DNA of 64,000 nt from Octopus bimaculoides (lineage: Eukaryota), in assembly GCF_001194135.2 (NCBI RefSeq), contig NC_068989.1:9757140-9821139 (forward strand), given 5' to 3'. Below the pieces are notes generated by a model. It saw nothing but the letters and a program-made list of their open reading frames with translations, was not told where the DNA came from and made no database searches. Made by a program: the position numbers and the translations under genes. Shown here one piece after another: positions 36,479-50,790 of the stretch; the stretch's first letter is position 1, and each line of letters opens with the position of its first letter.

Positions 36479-39264
36479 TTTGGTGCATAATTTAACAAGA
36501 AAAGTTACTAATTTAGACCCCATTCACATGAATTCCAAGTAATCTATTTAAAATTCCTTTTACCAAACAGCACGCCATCCACAGACAAACAGCAAGTTAA
36601 AAAAACAGAAATATGGTCTGTGTCACTAAGGAGCTATTTCATTAAATGTAATGATGCAATCATTTCCTCAGCCTATTTTTTTCATTTCTATGTTGTATTA
36701 CAGAGCTCCTCAGTATATTTCTATTTGTGGATCATTTTCACTCTTTGAAATTTAAGTGAAATATTTCTTCTTTACTTCTTGAACAAAAATATGGCAGAGT
36801 ACATACCAGAATTAACATTAACACATATATAAAATGCAAAATCGAAGAAAACTAAAATTACTCTCACAAAATAAACTCAAATCTGAAAGGTATAGTATTT
36901 TTGTTTTTTGTTTTTTTTTTTCTTAAATTTTTGTCTTTATAAAAATTTGAAGAATTCTCATTAAGAGCTAATGACACTCCAATGATATACTAAATATTTG
37001 TAATTCACAGTAGCAAGAAATTCTGCAGCACATCAACAATCCAAAGTGAAATGAATTAAAACTATAAATAAAGCACAAGCTAACTGATTTTATATTCTGC
37101 TTGACAATAATTTTCAGATTATCTATTGACAGCCATTTTAAGATAATCCACTGACAGTTATTTTCAGATAATCTAAATGCCACCGTAGTGAGATATGCCA
37201 GCATGGAACATGGACATTAGGTGATAATGTTCATGATGATGATGATGATGACGATGATATTTAATACCCTAACACAAAATAATTTAAAATGTACTAAGAT
37301 GAGCCGATGAAGAAGTCTCTACAATTTCAGTGCCAGGAAAATCAGCTTAAATTCCCTCAAATTACACTGTACTGTTTTAGATATAGGAATATATCATACA
37401 AATAAAGTCTCTGAATATTCAGAAACAGATGGGGGCGGTCACAGTTGGAATGCTTTTTCATTATCATAGGTATACTCTGTGAGCGCTGACCTGGGGTTAA
37501 ACAATATCAACAGATACTAACATCTGAACACCACATCAAGTTACAGATACTACAATCAAAATATTACAATATTAAGCTACAAGACATTAAGCATTACATT
37601 ATGTCAGAGATGATAAACCTACTTAGAACACCACTTTCAATAAACTACACCCTAAATATAATCGTACTATGCACATTCTGCAGACGTTAAGCAGTTTTCT
37701 TCCCCAGATACAGTAAATGCTCTTTACTCCTTTTTTCTTTTGTTGTTGTTGTTGTTGTTCATCTTAGAAAGGAATTAAGCGGAGGATGGGGACATGAAAA
37801 GAAATAAGAAAGAATTGGAAATGCTGATGGAATAAACAAAAAAAAACCCCCAAAAAAACCACAGGAAAAGACGTCTATACTTTTTGATTGAACACTAAAA
37901 GCAAGATGTGGGTGAAAGGAGAAAGATGAGAAGAGAAGAGAGAAATGTGGAGAAGAAGAGTTAAATATGATGGCACAGAGCAGCAAGGGCTAGAAATGGT
38001 TAGATGTCGTTAAAATTTAAGAAGTTTATTGGAGTGACAAATCACATTTGCCATTATCATTGTCAACGTTAGCACCGTCTGAGAAATAAGACAACCAAAA
38101 TAATAACTTGAAGAACATTGACAGGCACAATTTAATTGGGGATTTATAAATATGTAGAGCAAGAACCAGACTGAGAAATATAGTTTTCACAATTTCTCTC
38201 TTTGATCGTTGATAAGATACTTCTCAGAAAATGTCCCAATGGTCTGTTTCATCTCTATATTCTTTGAGTTGACAAATTATTCCAATTTAGAAAACCACAA
38301 GTGCATTACTCTAATACCGACCCATAAACATTTGCACGAATTCTTAAGCATTTATCAACGACTCAAACAATAAGTAAATAAATAAATAAACGAAGGAAGG
38401 AAGGAAGGAAGGAAAAATATTACTGTGTCTACCTTTTATATCAATTTACCAAACAAATGAGCAAATATTGGAATGCAATGAAATTACAGTCGGAGAAAGA
38501 CACGAGGCAGTGACAGAAGTAGTAAATTTACTGGAATAAACTTTTGACATCTTGTTGCAGAACAGTTTCTGGCAATTACTTCAGCAGCTTTTATGTCAAT
38601 ATTGGATAAGCTGATCATATAGATAAAACGATCTAACTAGAGAGAAATGCATGCTTAAGACAATAAAGACATTAGGAAAAGACCAAAAAAAAAAAAACTA
38701 CCTCCTTTCCATAAATTACGATAATGAGTATGTAATTTCATTTGAAGACTTTTCTGGAAGCAACTGACAAAAATAATAAGAACGAAGAAAAGGAATTTGA
38801 TACTGTTACCATTCTTACTATCACAATGAATAACTCAATATTTGTTTCCAGATCTTGATAAGGGTTGGATGGATGTAAAAACGTCCATACTCCTCTAGCT
38901 GTTTCAAACTTTACTGATCGGTAATTGTTCTTTTTTAGACCAGCACAAACTAATTCATTCAATGTGTTTCTTAACTTACTTCTCGAACTATACTAACACA
39001 CCTTTATTACTATTATTATCTATTGCAAACAATTCTATACCACTTTTCCCATTCCTCACTAACAACATAACATCATCTGCCATCAGCTCACTACATTACT
39101 TTTCTCAGTTGTCATCCTCTTCTGCTTTGGTGTTTTAAACATTTCCTGGAAGCACTGAATTTCCAGACACAATAATAACTTCAATAAACTAATTCTTGAC
39201 ATTACTGCAAGTAGGTCACACTCATTCATTTTTTTTCTATTTCACTGCTAAAGAATACAATACT

Positions 39265-39635
39265 TAACTTTTACTTGTTTCGGTCATTAGACCATGGTCA
39301 TGCTGGAACAGTGCCCTGAAGAGTTCAGTTATACAAATCCTCCCCTCCAGTACTTATTTTTAAGCTTAGCACTCATTCTATTGATCTCTTTTGCCAAACT
39401 GTTAAGTTATGAGAGGTAGGACAGGGATGAACAAACATGAAGACACACACATACTGAATGGAAACTGTGTGGAAGCTTTTTGGTAGATGCAATTTGTAAG
39501 GAAGCCCATTGTATATGTACAGTTTACATCAACGAAATTCACTCACAAGGCATTGATCAGCCTGGAGCTCAAGTAGAAAAACTTGCTTAAGGTGCCATGC
39601 AGTGAGATGGAACCCAAAACCACGTGGTTGCAAAA
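39265..39635 (-). mobile_element. Family B SINE, degenerate
   Basis: CTTGTTTCGGTCATT...CCATGGTCATGCTGGAACA...CACTCACAAGGC...AAGGTGCCATGCAGTGAG. Confidence 0.7.
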
Positions 39636-41310
39636 CAATCTTCTAGTCATGTAAAATGTATGAATTCTTTTGTAAAATGTCGGACTCTAATTGTGGCTAA
39701 TATTAACATGAGTTCTTGAAACAACTTACAGTTATTAAAAAAATTGCAACAGTAAAAATCTGATCCCCAACAACAACAACAAAGCAAAAATATGTGACCA
39801 GTAATTAACTGAATATAATTAATAGTTTAAATTAATGACTCTTATAGTCCTTGTTACGTTAGCCCTGCATCACCACTAGGTCAATGTATTTTGTGGTACT
39901 TAGATAACTGTTTGCTATTAGTTTGCTTCAAAATATACCATATAAACACCTATTGTTGGAAAATAATTCATTGCCAAAATTTCTTGAATTAAAACTCCCT
40001 TTAAAGATGCATTTAGAGCAGACTGCCAAACTTTGGACCTATATATAGGTGCAATAAGTTTAGACAGCGGAAGAAATTCTAATTTTGGTTGTTAATGTAA
40101 ATAAATTTTTCTCATACTTACAGACAATATAAGAATTTAAATGATAGTATGCTCACATGAACACAAAACACACACACACACGTTCACATAAAGAGACAAT
40201 GAAGAGTTTGTACAAATAAATTTGTTTGCAAGCGAGTCTGAAAACTAGCAATAACACCATTCAGTCTACAATATAAACTAAAATACTCTTGGAAAAGTAT
40301 TGAAAACTGCATTGAAATTAAAGTAAAGCCAGATATCTCTGTAGAATTGTTACCGTAATTTTAATAAATGCAGCTTTTATAAGCTTATTTCTTTTGTTAT
40401 GTGAAGAATCATGAATAAATATACAAAATTTGTTGCTTTTGAATTTAAGATAAGTTTATTTCTCCTCACTCTAGGCAATATCAATAGATGTTCAGCATTT
40501 CTTTTGTGACTAGATCCCAACTATATATAAATATTCAGCCAACCAGAATAATGACAAAATGGTTATTGAGGAACTAACAAAATATTACTGACCCATTATC
40601 ATGCTTTCTATAAACCCCATCCATGAATTACCAGATATCTTTTTTTTTTTAATTTTACCTTTTTTTTATGATTTTACTTTTTTTTTTTTTGTTCAGTTAG
40701 GTAGTATTTACATACAAGTCAGAGGATATTTTAATATCATCTAATAAAATTAATAACACGGCCGTATTACACTAGTTTAAGTCAGCCACTCATGGAGAGT
40801 GACTGACCAACGATATGGGAACACCACTGGCTGAAATTAAATTAGACGGAAGTCTAAAAGCCAGTGTTTGCAGAAAAGAAAAAAAAAGAAAAAAAAAAGA
40901 AAAAAGTTTAACATTGGCAATAAAACAAAATGAATGCAAAATTGCTTTTAAGGCTATGGAAGAGAAGGAAAAATATTTCTAGATATAGATGGTAAGCTAA
41001 TCTCCTTTAATCTCCTTTGGCTAATTGTACAACTTGAAACCAATTCTAGCAATACAGAAAATCTTTAAAGTGAGGCATACTTAAAATGTACATCAAACAT
41101 CTAATTTTAGGAACAGTATGTCTTGTGTGTACAGCCATATGTATAAATGCCACTGTTGAGTTTAAGCTCCAAGTTGAGTCCAGAGCTCCAATCTGAGTAG
41201 GGGAGGAGGGATTGAGGGGCATGTGTTCCACCTCAAGAAAAGAAGGGTGCCCTTCTAAATAATGTTATGACGCCATTTTCTCCTAGAATTGTATTCCTTT
41301 CTGACCCTGT

Positions 41311-41695
41311 TGTTGTTGGCACTCCGTCGCTTACGACATCGAGGGTTCCAGTTGATCTGATCAATGGAACAGCCTGCTCGTGAAATTAACGTGCAAGTGG
41401 CTGAGCACTCCACAGACACGTGTACCCTTAACATAGTTCTCGGGGATATTCATCATGACACAGTGTGACAAGGCTGACCCTTTGAATTACAGGCACAACA
41501 GAAACAGGAAGTAAGAGTGAGAGAAAGTTGTGGTGGAAGAGTACAGCAGGGTTCGCCACCATCCCCTGACGGAGCCTCGTGGAGCTTTAGGTGTGTTCGC
41601 TCAATAAACACTCACAACGCCCGGTCTGAGAATCGAAACCGCGATCCTATGACCACAAGTCTGCTGCCCTAACCACTGGGCCATTGCGCCTCCAC
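41311..41695 (-). mobile_element. Full-length family C SINE with (CAA)n tail and 11-bp TSD
   Basis: Head GTGGAGGCGCAATGGCCCAGTGGTTAGGG...TTTCGATTCTC; TSD TCTGAC(C/T)CTGT at 41300-41310 and 41696-41706. Confidence 0.92.
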
Positions 41696-42314
41696 TCTGA
41701 CTCTGTGATTTCCCTTCAAAAACAATTCCTGGGATTATGCCTGCTGAGTATCACTGTCCTATCTGCTTCCAGTAAAGTAGTGTGGTTACTGCTGCATTTA
41801 GCATTGCAGAATACGATACAGAGAACAAATGTAGAAGAAATATAGGTATTTATCACAATTTCTTATAACTTTAGCAATATTTGGAAAATGCGATTTTCAG
41901 TGAATAAGAATCATTATTTGCAGATCTTTTGCATAAATTTCAACACGGCAAGTAGTTTATCAAAACAAGTTTGAGGACATAACGATTCTTTACCAATCTG
42001 ACAGCACCAGTAATAGGAGAAAACAAAATTTTCACAAACTGTTTCTTTTTATCTATTTATTTATTTTTGTTAGCTATTTTCCTACTTCAAGTGAAATAAT
42101 TTGTACAAAAGCAGTCGAAAACTGAGAAAAGATCAAGGCTATATTTACCGAGTGACATCTTAAATATTGATACATTATAAAAGATAGGTGAAAATAAATA
42201 AATAAAATTAATATGAATGTTCCAGAAAGTGTTAAAGAATGGCAGAAAGATAGGGGAGGTTAGTTCTCAAATTAAGTGAAATTAAGAAATTAGACGATTA
42301 TTTGGTGCTGTGGT

Positions 42315-42660
42315 GTGAAGGCACATGACTGAGTGATTAGGGTATTTGGCTGATGATTGTAAGGTTGTGAGTTCAATTCCTGGTGGAGCATTGAGTCCTG
42401 GAGCAAGGCACTTTATTTTATATTTCTCCAGTCCACTTGGCTGGCAAAAATTAATGGTACCACCAGTTCAAAGGGTCATCCTTGTTGCATTCTGCGTCAT
42501 GTTGAATCTTACATTAAGGGTATGCGTATTTGCGTAGGGCTTAACCGCTTGCACGTTAATTTCACAGGCAGACAGTTCAGGAAAACTGAATCAGCTGAAA
42601 CGCTCCCCGTCGTAACTGACAAGAATGCCGGCATGAGTACGGTGAGTGACACCAACTTAA
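42315..42660 (+). mobile_element. Family C-related SINE, older variant
   Basis: GAGTTCAATTCCTGG B-box; tail CTTGCACGTTAATTTCAC shared with family C. Confidence 0.65.
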
Positions 42661-42719
42661 TGAACAAGAAAAAAAAGTTAAGAATTCCTGACAGAAAGAA
42701 CAAGTAAAATAATAGTAAA

Positions 42720-44122
42720 CATCATCATCATTTAATGTTTGTTGTCCATGTCTGTTGGCATGGGTTGGACAGTTTAACTGGGCTGGCACATTTGAAGGCT
42801 GCACCAGACTCCAGTCTGACTCGGCATGGTTTTCTACGGCTGGATGCCCTTCCTAACGCTAACCACTCCGAGAGTGTAATAGGTGTTTTTATGTGCTGCC
42901 GGCATGGGTGCCATTTGCATGACACCAGGGTGCATTTACGTGCCACCTGCATGACTCCAGTATCTGCCACAACTATGATTTTGCTCGGCTTGATGGGTCT
43001 TCTTTTCAAGCACAACATAATGCCAAAGGTCTTGGTCATTGCCTCCATGAGGCCGGCCTAAAACTAATAAAAGTGATCCATAGGTGCAGGAGTGGTTGTG
43101 TGGTAAGTAGCTTGCTTACTGACCACATGGTTCTGGGTTCTGTCCCACTGCGTGGCACCTTGGGTAAGTGTCTTCTACTATAGCCTCGGGCCGACCAAAA
43201 CCTTGTGAGTGGATTTGGTAGACGGAAACTGAAAGAAGCCTGTCGTGTGTGTGTGTTTGTGTTTGTGTGTGTGTGTGTGTGTGTGTATGTGTGTGTGTGT
43301 GTGTGTCTCTGCAACATTGCTTGACAACCAATGTTGGTGTGTTTGTGTACCCATAACTTAGTGGTTCGGTAAAAGAGACCGATAGAATAAGTGGTAGGCT
43401 TACAAAGAATAAGTCCTGGGGTCAATTTGCACAAATGACTGGAAGGAGCAAAAGAATACAGAATATATACTTTAAGAAAAGAAATGACTTTATCATCCAT
43501 AGAAGAAACTTCCAGGGTGTCTACAATGGCATATATAATATCAACAAATTGGCACAGATGGAAATCGAAAATTGAACCAAATTCGTTGAGTGGCACCCAT
43601 GCCAACCTTCCTTCATTGGACACTAAACTCAGCTTGCAAAGACCTGTTGGGGCAAGTGAGATCGAAACTGAACCAAATTCGATGACTGGCACCTGTACCA
43701 GTGGAGCGCTAACAGCACCATCCAAGCAGGATCACTGCCAGAACAGCGGTCTTGCTTCCGTGCTGGTCACACGTAAAAAGCACCATTTGAGTTCAATCGT
43801 TTCCAGCTTCGCCTTACTGGCACTTGTGCCGGTGGCATGTGAACAAAACATTGGACTGACTCCTGTGCAGGTGGCACATAAAAAAAACCACCATTTGAGC
43901 ATGGCTGTTGCCAGTACCGCCTGACTGGCCCTCGTGCCAGTGGCACATAAAAAGCACCCGCTACACTCTTGGAATGGTTGGCATTAGGAAGGGCATCCAG
44001 TTGTAGAAACTCTGCCAAATCAGATTGGAGTCTGGTGTAGCCATCTGGTTCGCCAGTCCTCAGTCAAACTGTCCAGCCCATGCTAGCATGGAAAGGGGAC
44101 GTTAAATGATGATGATGATGGA
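42720..44122. mobile_element. SINE cluster: D (minus, ~42720-43040), B (plus, ~43081-43435), long D (plus, ~43530-44122)
   Basis: The long D copy has several GTGGCACATAAAAAGCACC-like internal repeats, GGCATTAGGAAGGGCATCCAG and a (GAT)n tail; explains ORFs 43036-43725, 43484-43924 and 43767-44018. Confidence 0.85.
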
Positions 44123-44305
44123 ACTGGGTGGTTAAGCAGTCTGTGCCACAACACTATCATTCTGAGTTCAATTCTAGATCACGGCACCCTTAACAAAAGC
44201 CCTGTAACAGTTGTTAATCTTAGATGAGTGGAATTTGGTCAATGGAGATTATATGGAAGCTTGTCAGACACACATTTACATACATGTACACACATTTACA
44301 TACAT

Positions 44306-44344
<39 letters not shown>

Positions 44345-45639
44345 TAAGTACCAGACTGGAATCGGTACTGAAATGTATAAAAGATTATATAATTCAAAGG
44401 ACAACATGACTTCCATGAACTAGATTTCAATCGTTCTCTCTGGAATAAGTTGCATCACAAAAAGCATCAACACCTCCTCCTCAGATCTCCCTGTGGTCTC
44501 GACTGCGGACAGTATCATTAACTTCCCAGTCTCGTGTTACAACTAACAAACACTGCAAAACTGAAGTACCGTCCACAGATGTTCTCCTTCTTGTCCCCTT
44601 CAGCTACACTTTTAACCTTCTTGCTCGGACAAGAAGCAAGGATTTTCAACTAATACAACCAGCAGTTGTGACTAACTGAATTATTAATTACCATGAGATC
44701 ATCATTTAATGATCAGAAGTAGGATCCAATGACAATGACAATGGCGAAGACAGCAATAATAGTAGTGGTGACAGCGGCAGTGGTGGTGGTGGTAACGACA
44801 ACAACGATGATGACGATGTCCGCATCTTTAATAGACACCGCACATACGGAAACAAACACACACATGCATGCATGTTGTCATTCTTCTCTCCAACATGATT
44901 TCTATAATGACTTTTATAATACTGGTGGGAATTGAGCAGTCAAAATATCATTCAACATACAAAAGATCTGAAGCTGATATGATCTGAACATAAAAACAAA
45001 CAAGCAAGCTAGATAATTAAGGAATGCAAGCAGCAAAGGCAGTTACTTGTACATGCTGGGAAACTGATAAGCATCTTTATTTGCTGAAGAGACGAGGATG
45101 GGGTAGAGAGAGAGAGATGTTGTGTTTGTGCTTATCATTAACAAACATATCATTAGCTGATCACCCGTCCTCCAGACACTTAAACGGAAGGGTATAAAGT
45201 TCAATCCTCAGCTGAGGTATTCCTAATTTGTAAAACGAGATATTACCATGTGTGTGTGTGTGCGTGGATGTAGGTTACATATGGTTAACAGTGAAGTGTG
45301 TTAACAATAACAGGCACACACACGTGTACACACACACACACACATACGCACCACCACCAAGCACATTAATATAATTGATATATCTCATTTTGACTGACAA
45401 TGATGATGAGGAGGAAGAGGAAGAGGATGATATGGAGACACAAACAAGACTACACGGTTATCAGTTCTACCAAACATCATTAGCAAGTAGGAAAACAATT
45501 TTGTAATAAAGAATTTTTAGAAAACAAATAGTTACACACGGAAAAAAACAAAGAGAAAAAGTCTAGCTTTTTTTTTTCTTCTTTTTTTTTTAATATTTCC
45601 AAACTAAATATGAACTAAAACTATGTCATAAAGCTTCTC

Positions 45640-45672
<33 letters not shown>

Positions 45673-46559
45673 TCCTCTTTTTATGCTTTGGTGTATGTGT
45701 ATAGTATAATATATATATATATTGCATACATAATGAAAATATATGTTAATTATGGGCATAAAAACTAAAATTCACAAGGGCTGGGTGATTGTGAATGTTT
45801 TTCTATGCACGCGGTTCTAGGTGTGAGTGGTGAAGCTGTCTGCCACCATCATGGCATCCTGTCTGAGTCTCTGTACACCTACATACATACATACGTATGT
45901 ATATATATATATATATATATATACATGAGAATCAACAACTATAGAAAAGGTTGCAAGATGCAATGGAAATTTTAGAAAAATAAAGAAGAAAATGAGCGAA
46001 AATTTTACCAGTGAGTGTGTTAAATTATAAGGCACTAAAAGAGAATGACTCTCCATCCAAGGTGCCACACTATGGGACTGAACCTGGAACAATGTGGTTA
46101 GGAAGCAATCTTCTTACCACACTTACATAGACTGACAGTTACTATTGATCACTAACAGTTTCCAAAATTATTCAACTACAACCCTTCTAGCATCCTTTTG
46201 CATGTGTGACTCTACATTAATCTTGAGGGTCACTTGTAACTTTTATTTTTTTCTGTTTTAGAATTGCCAGATTTACCAATGCATTGGTGATACTCTCACA
46301 AGGTGCCGCAATTCTTTGTCACCACCTGTTCCAGATGGGAGCATGTTTTGGCCAGTAGCTAGCCAAAAGATGCAGGGAATTCCAAGAAGACATTTGCCCC
46401 CAATGTCGTCACTTGGCAAGGGTTCTTTGGATTTTTCTCTCTTTCGTTTTGGCTCTAATGAGAGCTTATGCCAAGGAAGAGCAAAGGTGAGAGAGAGAGA
46501 AAGAGAGATGTAGTATCTGTGTTATTGAAGCTCTAATTTTATATGACATATATGTTATA

Positions 46560-47372
46560 GTGACTTCAAGAACGGAACTGAGTGAACGATGTGATGACAG
46601 AGTACCGAAAGCATAAGTCTTGCTGGGCTGCACATGTCACAAGGTTCACAGAGAACAAGAAGACTCATGCAGTTGGCCAAGGGGTAACCAAGAGATCAGA
46701 AAAGGCCACTTGGAAGGCTTCTACCACGATGGAGGCAGGNNNNNNNNNNNNNNNNNNNNNNNNNNNNNNNNNNNNNNNNNNNNNNNNNNNNNNNNNNNNN
46801 NNNNNNNNNNNNNNNNNNNNNNNNNNNNNNNNNNNNNNNNNNNNNNNNNNNNNNNNNNNNNNNNNNNNNNNNNNNNNNNNNNNNNNNNNNNNNNNNNNNN
46901 NNNNNNNNNNNNNNNNNNNNNNNNNNNNNNNNNNNNNNNNNNNNNNNNNNNNNNNNNNNNNNNNNNNNNNNNNNNNNNNNNNNNNNNNNNNNNNNNNNNN
47001 NNNNNNNNNNNNNNNNNNNNNNNNNNNNNNNNNNNNNNNNNNNNNNNNNNNNNNNNNNNNNNNNNNNNNNNNNNNNNNNNNNNNNNNNNNNNNNNNNNNN
47101 NNNNNNNNNNNNNNNNNNNNNNNNNNNNNNNNNNNNNNNNNNNNNNNNNNNNNNNNNNNNNNNNNNNNNNNNNNNNNNNNNNNNNNNNNNNNNNNNNNNN
47201 NNNNNNNNNNNNNNNNNNNNNNNNNNNNNNNNNNNNNNNNNNNNNNNNNNNNNNNNNNNNNNNNNNNNNNNNNNNNNNNNNNNNNNNNNNNNNNNNGCTC
47301 TTAAGGGATCGAGAAGGGGGAGGGGGAAGGAGTGTTGCCATAAAACACAGACAACAGTAAGATGATGATGAA
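46560..47372 (+). mobile_element. RTE-clade LINE 3' fragment spanning an N gap
   Basis: DVMTEYRKHKSCWAAHVTRFTENKKTHAV-(fs)-PRDQKRPLGRLLPRW matches the RTE ORF C-terminus (WxWAGHVxR...PRxxKRxxGRPxxRW); (GAT)n tail after the gap. Confidence 0.8.
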
Positions 47373-48500
47373 GAGTGGGGAGTGGATGGGGAGAGAATGA
47401 GACAGGTATGGGAATATATAAGATTTTAAAGAGGAGAGAGACAAATAAGAGAAAAGTAAGTGAAGCCTAAGTGTCTTCTTGTCCAGCCACACAAGTCAGA
47501 CCCAGTGTGGTGTCAGACGCCATGCCCCACTCTGAGCTGAGGTGCGAGTGGAAGACAGAGAACGAGGTCAGCAGGTGGGAGGAAATGGAGAGGTAGGACT
47601 GGGCAGGGTGAGGAAGAGGTGTCCGATAGACTAGTTTAATGAGAAAATGAATAGAGCTGGCAAAGTGTGAAAGTGGAGAAGAGCTGGGGTTAGAGACTAT
47701 CTAGCCCTGTGTCAGGACAATAGAAAGGAAAGTGTTATATGTGAGTGTTGAGAGCTGGAAAGAAGCGAGATAGAGAGAGAGAAAGAGGGAGAGAGAGAAA
47801 GAGGGAGAGAGAGAAAGTGGGAGATAGAGAGAGAGCATGGGGGAGGGACTAATTACATGAGGGATATTGTGGCAAGAGGTGCAGGAGAGTAGACAACAAC
47901 AACGAAAAAAGGGAGGAGGGGGGAACCCTACTCTTCAACTAACAATCTCTGGAGATTATCTAACCCTTTGAGAATAATGATGGAAGGAGAAAAGGAACGA
48001 GATTGATAGAATTCTATGAGAAAAATGACCTTGCCAAGCAGCAGCAAAAAGAAAAAAAATATACAAAAAGAAAAAAAATAGGTTTTAAGCTGGAAGCAAG
48101 CAAGTCATTATTATACCATTTTTATAACAGACATGCTTAAACGATGCCACCCCTCTTCTGTATTGTTAAATTATCCATCGCCCTCTCCCGTCCACACACA
48201 TATCGTAAATTGAGAATGGAGCACAATGCTTGAAGTAAATGGAGACACTAAATTGCAGGGGCAGACATTATGGACATCCTAAGCACCCGACCACATTAAC
48301 AACACATAAACATCCCAACCCCAAACCTTGTAGCAATTAGTTATCATTACACAATAGGGCTAATCACCTAAAGCTGGGTGAACCTCTTCAAAATCAGCAC
48401 TCTCTGATAATCATCATCGTCATCAAAAACGACTGTCATCACAAATACCTTTTTAATGACGGGAGGAAAGAATAGTGTCCCTGGCCTTTCTAGACTGGGT

Positions 48501-48896
48501 TGTTGTTGTTGTTGTTGGCACTCCGTCACTTACGACGTCGAGGGTTCCAGTTGATCCGATCAACGGAACAGCCTGCTCGTGAAATTAACATGCAAGTGAC
48601 TGAGCACTCCACAGACACATGTACCCTTAAATTAGTTCTCGGGGATATTCAGCGTGACACAGAGTGTGACAAGGCTGGCCCTTTGAATTACAGGTACAAC
48701 AGAAACAGGAAGTAAGAGTGAGAGAAAGATGTGGTGGAAGAGTACAGCAGGGTTCGTCACCATCCCCTGCCGGAGCCTCGTGGAGCTTTAGGTGTTTTCG
48801 CTTAATAAACACTCACAACACCCAGTCTGGGAATCGAAACCGCGATCCTATGACTGCGAGTCCGCTGCCCTAAACACTAGGCCATTGCGCCTCCAC
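48501..48896 (-). mobile_element. Full-length family C SINE with 12-bp TSD
   Basis: TSD TCTA(G/T)ACTGGGT at 48489-48500 and 48897-48908; near-identical to 41311-41695. Confidence 0.92.
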
Positions 48897-49359
48897 TCTA
48901 TACTGGGTAAGAGTGGTTTAACTGATGTCGATGTTTGTCCAGACAACCACAGGTCCTGTGGACCCCGTGGATCGATGTCTGCAGGAAAAGCATGGAGAGT
49001 AAGGGTTATGTTACAAATGAGAAAGTGAAGGATTGGGGTGTAGCGTTTAGTCCAAGATCTGGTAAGTGAAACACTCTGAAGATATGGGTGTATTGAGTGG
49101 GTCTGCTACACAAATGGGATTGAACCTGAAACCAAGTGGTTGCAAAGCAAGCTTCTTAACCACAAAGCCATGTGTGTGTGTATATGCACATGTGTGCTCC
49201 TTTTGTATTTGTGTCTAGGTGTGAGTATATATGGATAAGTGCTTGTGAGTACATATATGTGTGTCTGTGTGTGTGTGTATGTGTGTGTGTGTGTGTGCTC
49301 ATTTTGTATTTGTGTCTGGATGTATGTGGACATGTGCTTGTGAATGCGTGTGCATGCCT

Positions 49360-49432
<73 letters not shown>

Positions 49433-49934
49433 CATTGCAAAGTGAAGAGAAAGGATATTTTTTTCTTTGTTTTTATTGTTGAAGTTGAAGATTGTGATAA
49501 ACGTTTGCAAACAGATGTAAGTAAGCAAGCAGTGACATGAGTGAAAGAGAGGACTGGAAGAAGAAAAAAAAAAGAAAAAAAGAAAAAGAAACAGCTGAGA
49601 AGCAGATCATGTTTACACGTCAGTGTGACAAGATAAAGCCAGTTCCGTAAGCAAGGGAAGATGGAGGGAAGAAGAAATGTAGTGAAAAACTGTTCAAATC
49701 AATGCTATAATTGGCACTGGTGCGTTTACCACTTTCATGTGTGTATGTGAGTTACAAATGTCCTCCTCTTCTTATCCTACATGTAACTATGTACAGAAAT
49801 AGTGTAAGGGATGGCCAGACACCGATCGAAAACTGGCAAATTAGCGAGAACAACCATTATAAACCCCAGTATTTCATCTGCTGCAAAGTCATTTAAAAAT
49901 AGTTGCATCCAAAAGTTGCCAGCCCTCTCTCCCT

Positions 49935-50010
<76 letters not shown>

Positions 50011-50027
50011 CGCGTGCGTGTGTCTGA

Positions 50028-50790
50028 AGACGCATGGCCTAGTGGCAAGGGTGTTGTACTCACGATCAGGAAATCGTAGTTTCAATTCCTGGTGCGCTGT
50101 GCTCTTGACAAGCAGAAACACTCACCTAACATTACTCTGCAATCACTAAGACACCTGACACATGGCATACCGAGCACCTGTCCAGGCAATGTCAACTTGA
50201 TGTGGGGGGGGGGGAAGTGAGCTAATATACATCACATACATCTGATCACTATAAACAAATCATTTGTGCTGGTCATTCAGCAAAAGCTGACAACTGATAC
50301 ATCGTCTTTGACGGGAGAGTCCGTCATATATACATATATACACACATATGTATGTGCATGCATATATATATAAACGCAGGAGTGGCTGTGTGGTAAGTAG
50401 CTTGCTTACCAACCACATGGCTCCGGGTTCAGTCTCACTGAGTGGCACCTTGGGCAAGTGTCTTCTGCTATAGCCTTGAGCCGACCAAAGCCTTGTGAGT
50501 GGACTTGGTAGACGGAAACTGAAAGAAGCCCGTCGTATATATGTATATATATATGTATGTGTGTGTATATGTTCGTGGTGTGACTGTGTTTGTCCCCTAC
50601 CATTGCTTGACAACCGATGTTGGTGTGTTTATATCCCCGTAACTTAGCAGTTCGGCAAGAGAGACCGATAGAATAAGTACTGGGCTTACAAAGAATAAGT
50701 CCTGGGGTCGATTTGCTCGACTAAAAGGCGGTGCTCCAGCATGGTCGCAGTCAAATGACTGAAACAGGTAAAAGAGTAAAAGAGTAAGTA
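50028..50790 (+). mobile_element. tRNA-headed SINE (~50028-50310) followed by full-length family B SINE (~50374-50790)
   Basis: A-box TGGCCTAGTGG and B-box TTTCAATTCC; second copy GCAGGAGTGGCTGTGTGGTAAG...GGGTTCAGTCTC...GAAACAGGTAAAAGAG. Confidence 0.88.

Noticed and set aside
37290-37345. CCGATGAAG...GGAAA hammerhead-like spacing
   Set aside because: Core mutated and no stems recoverable from this copy.
44440-44620. Possible Tc1 HTH remnant (ETG..ND..RS.) on the minus strand
   Set aside because: Needs a frameshift for a very short match; no TIRs.
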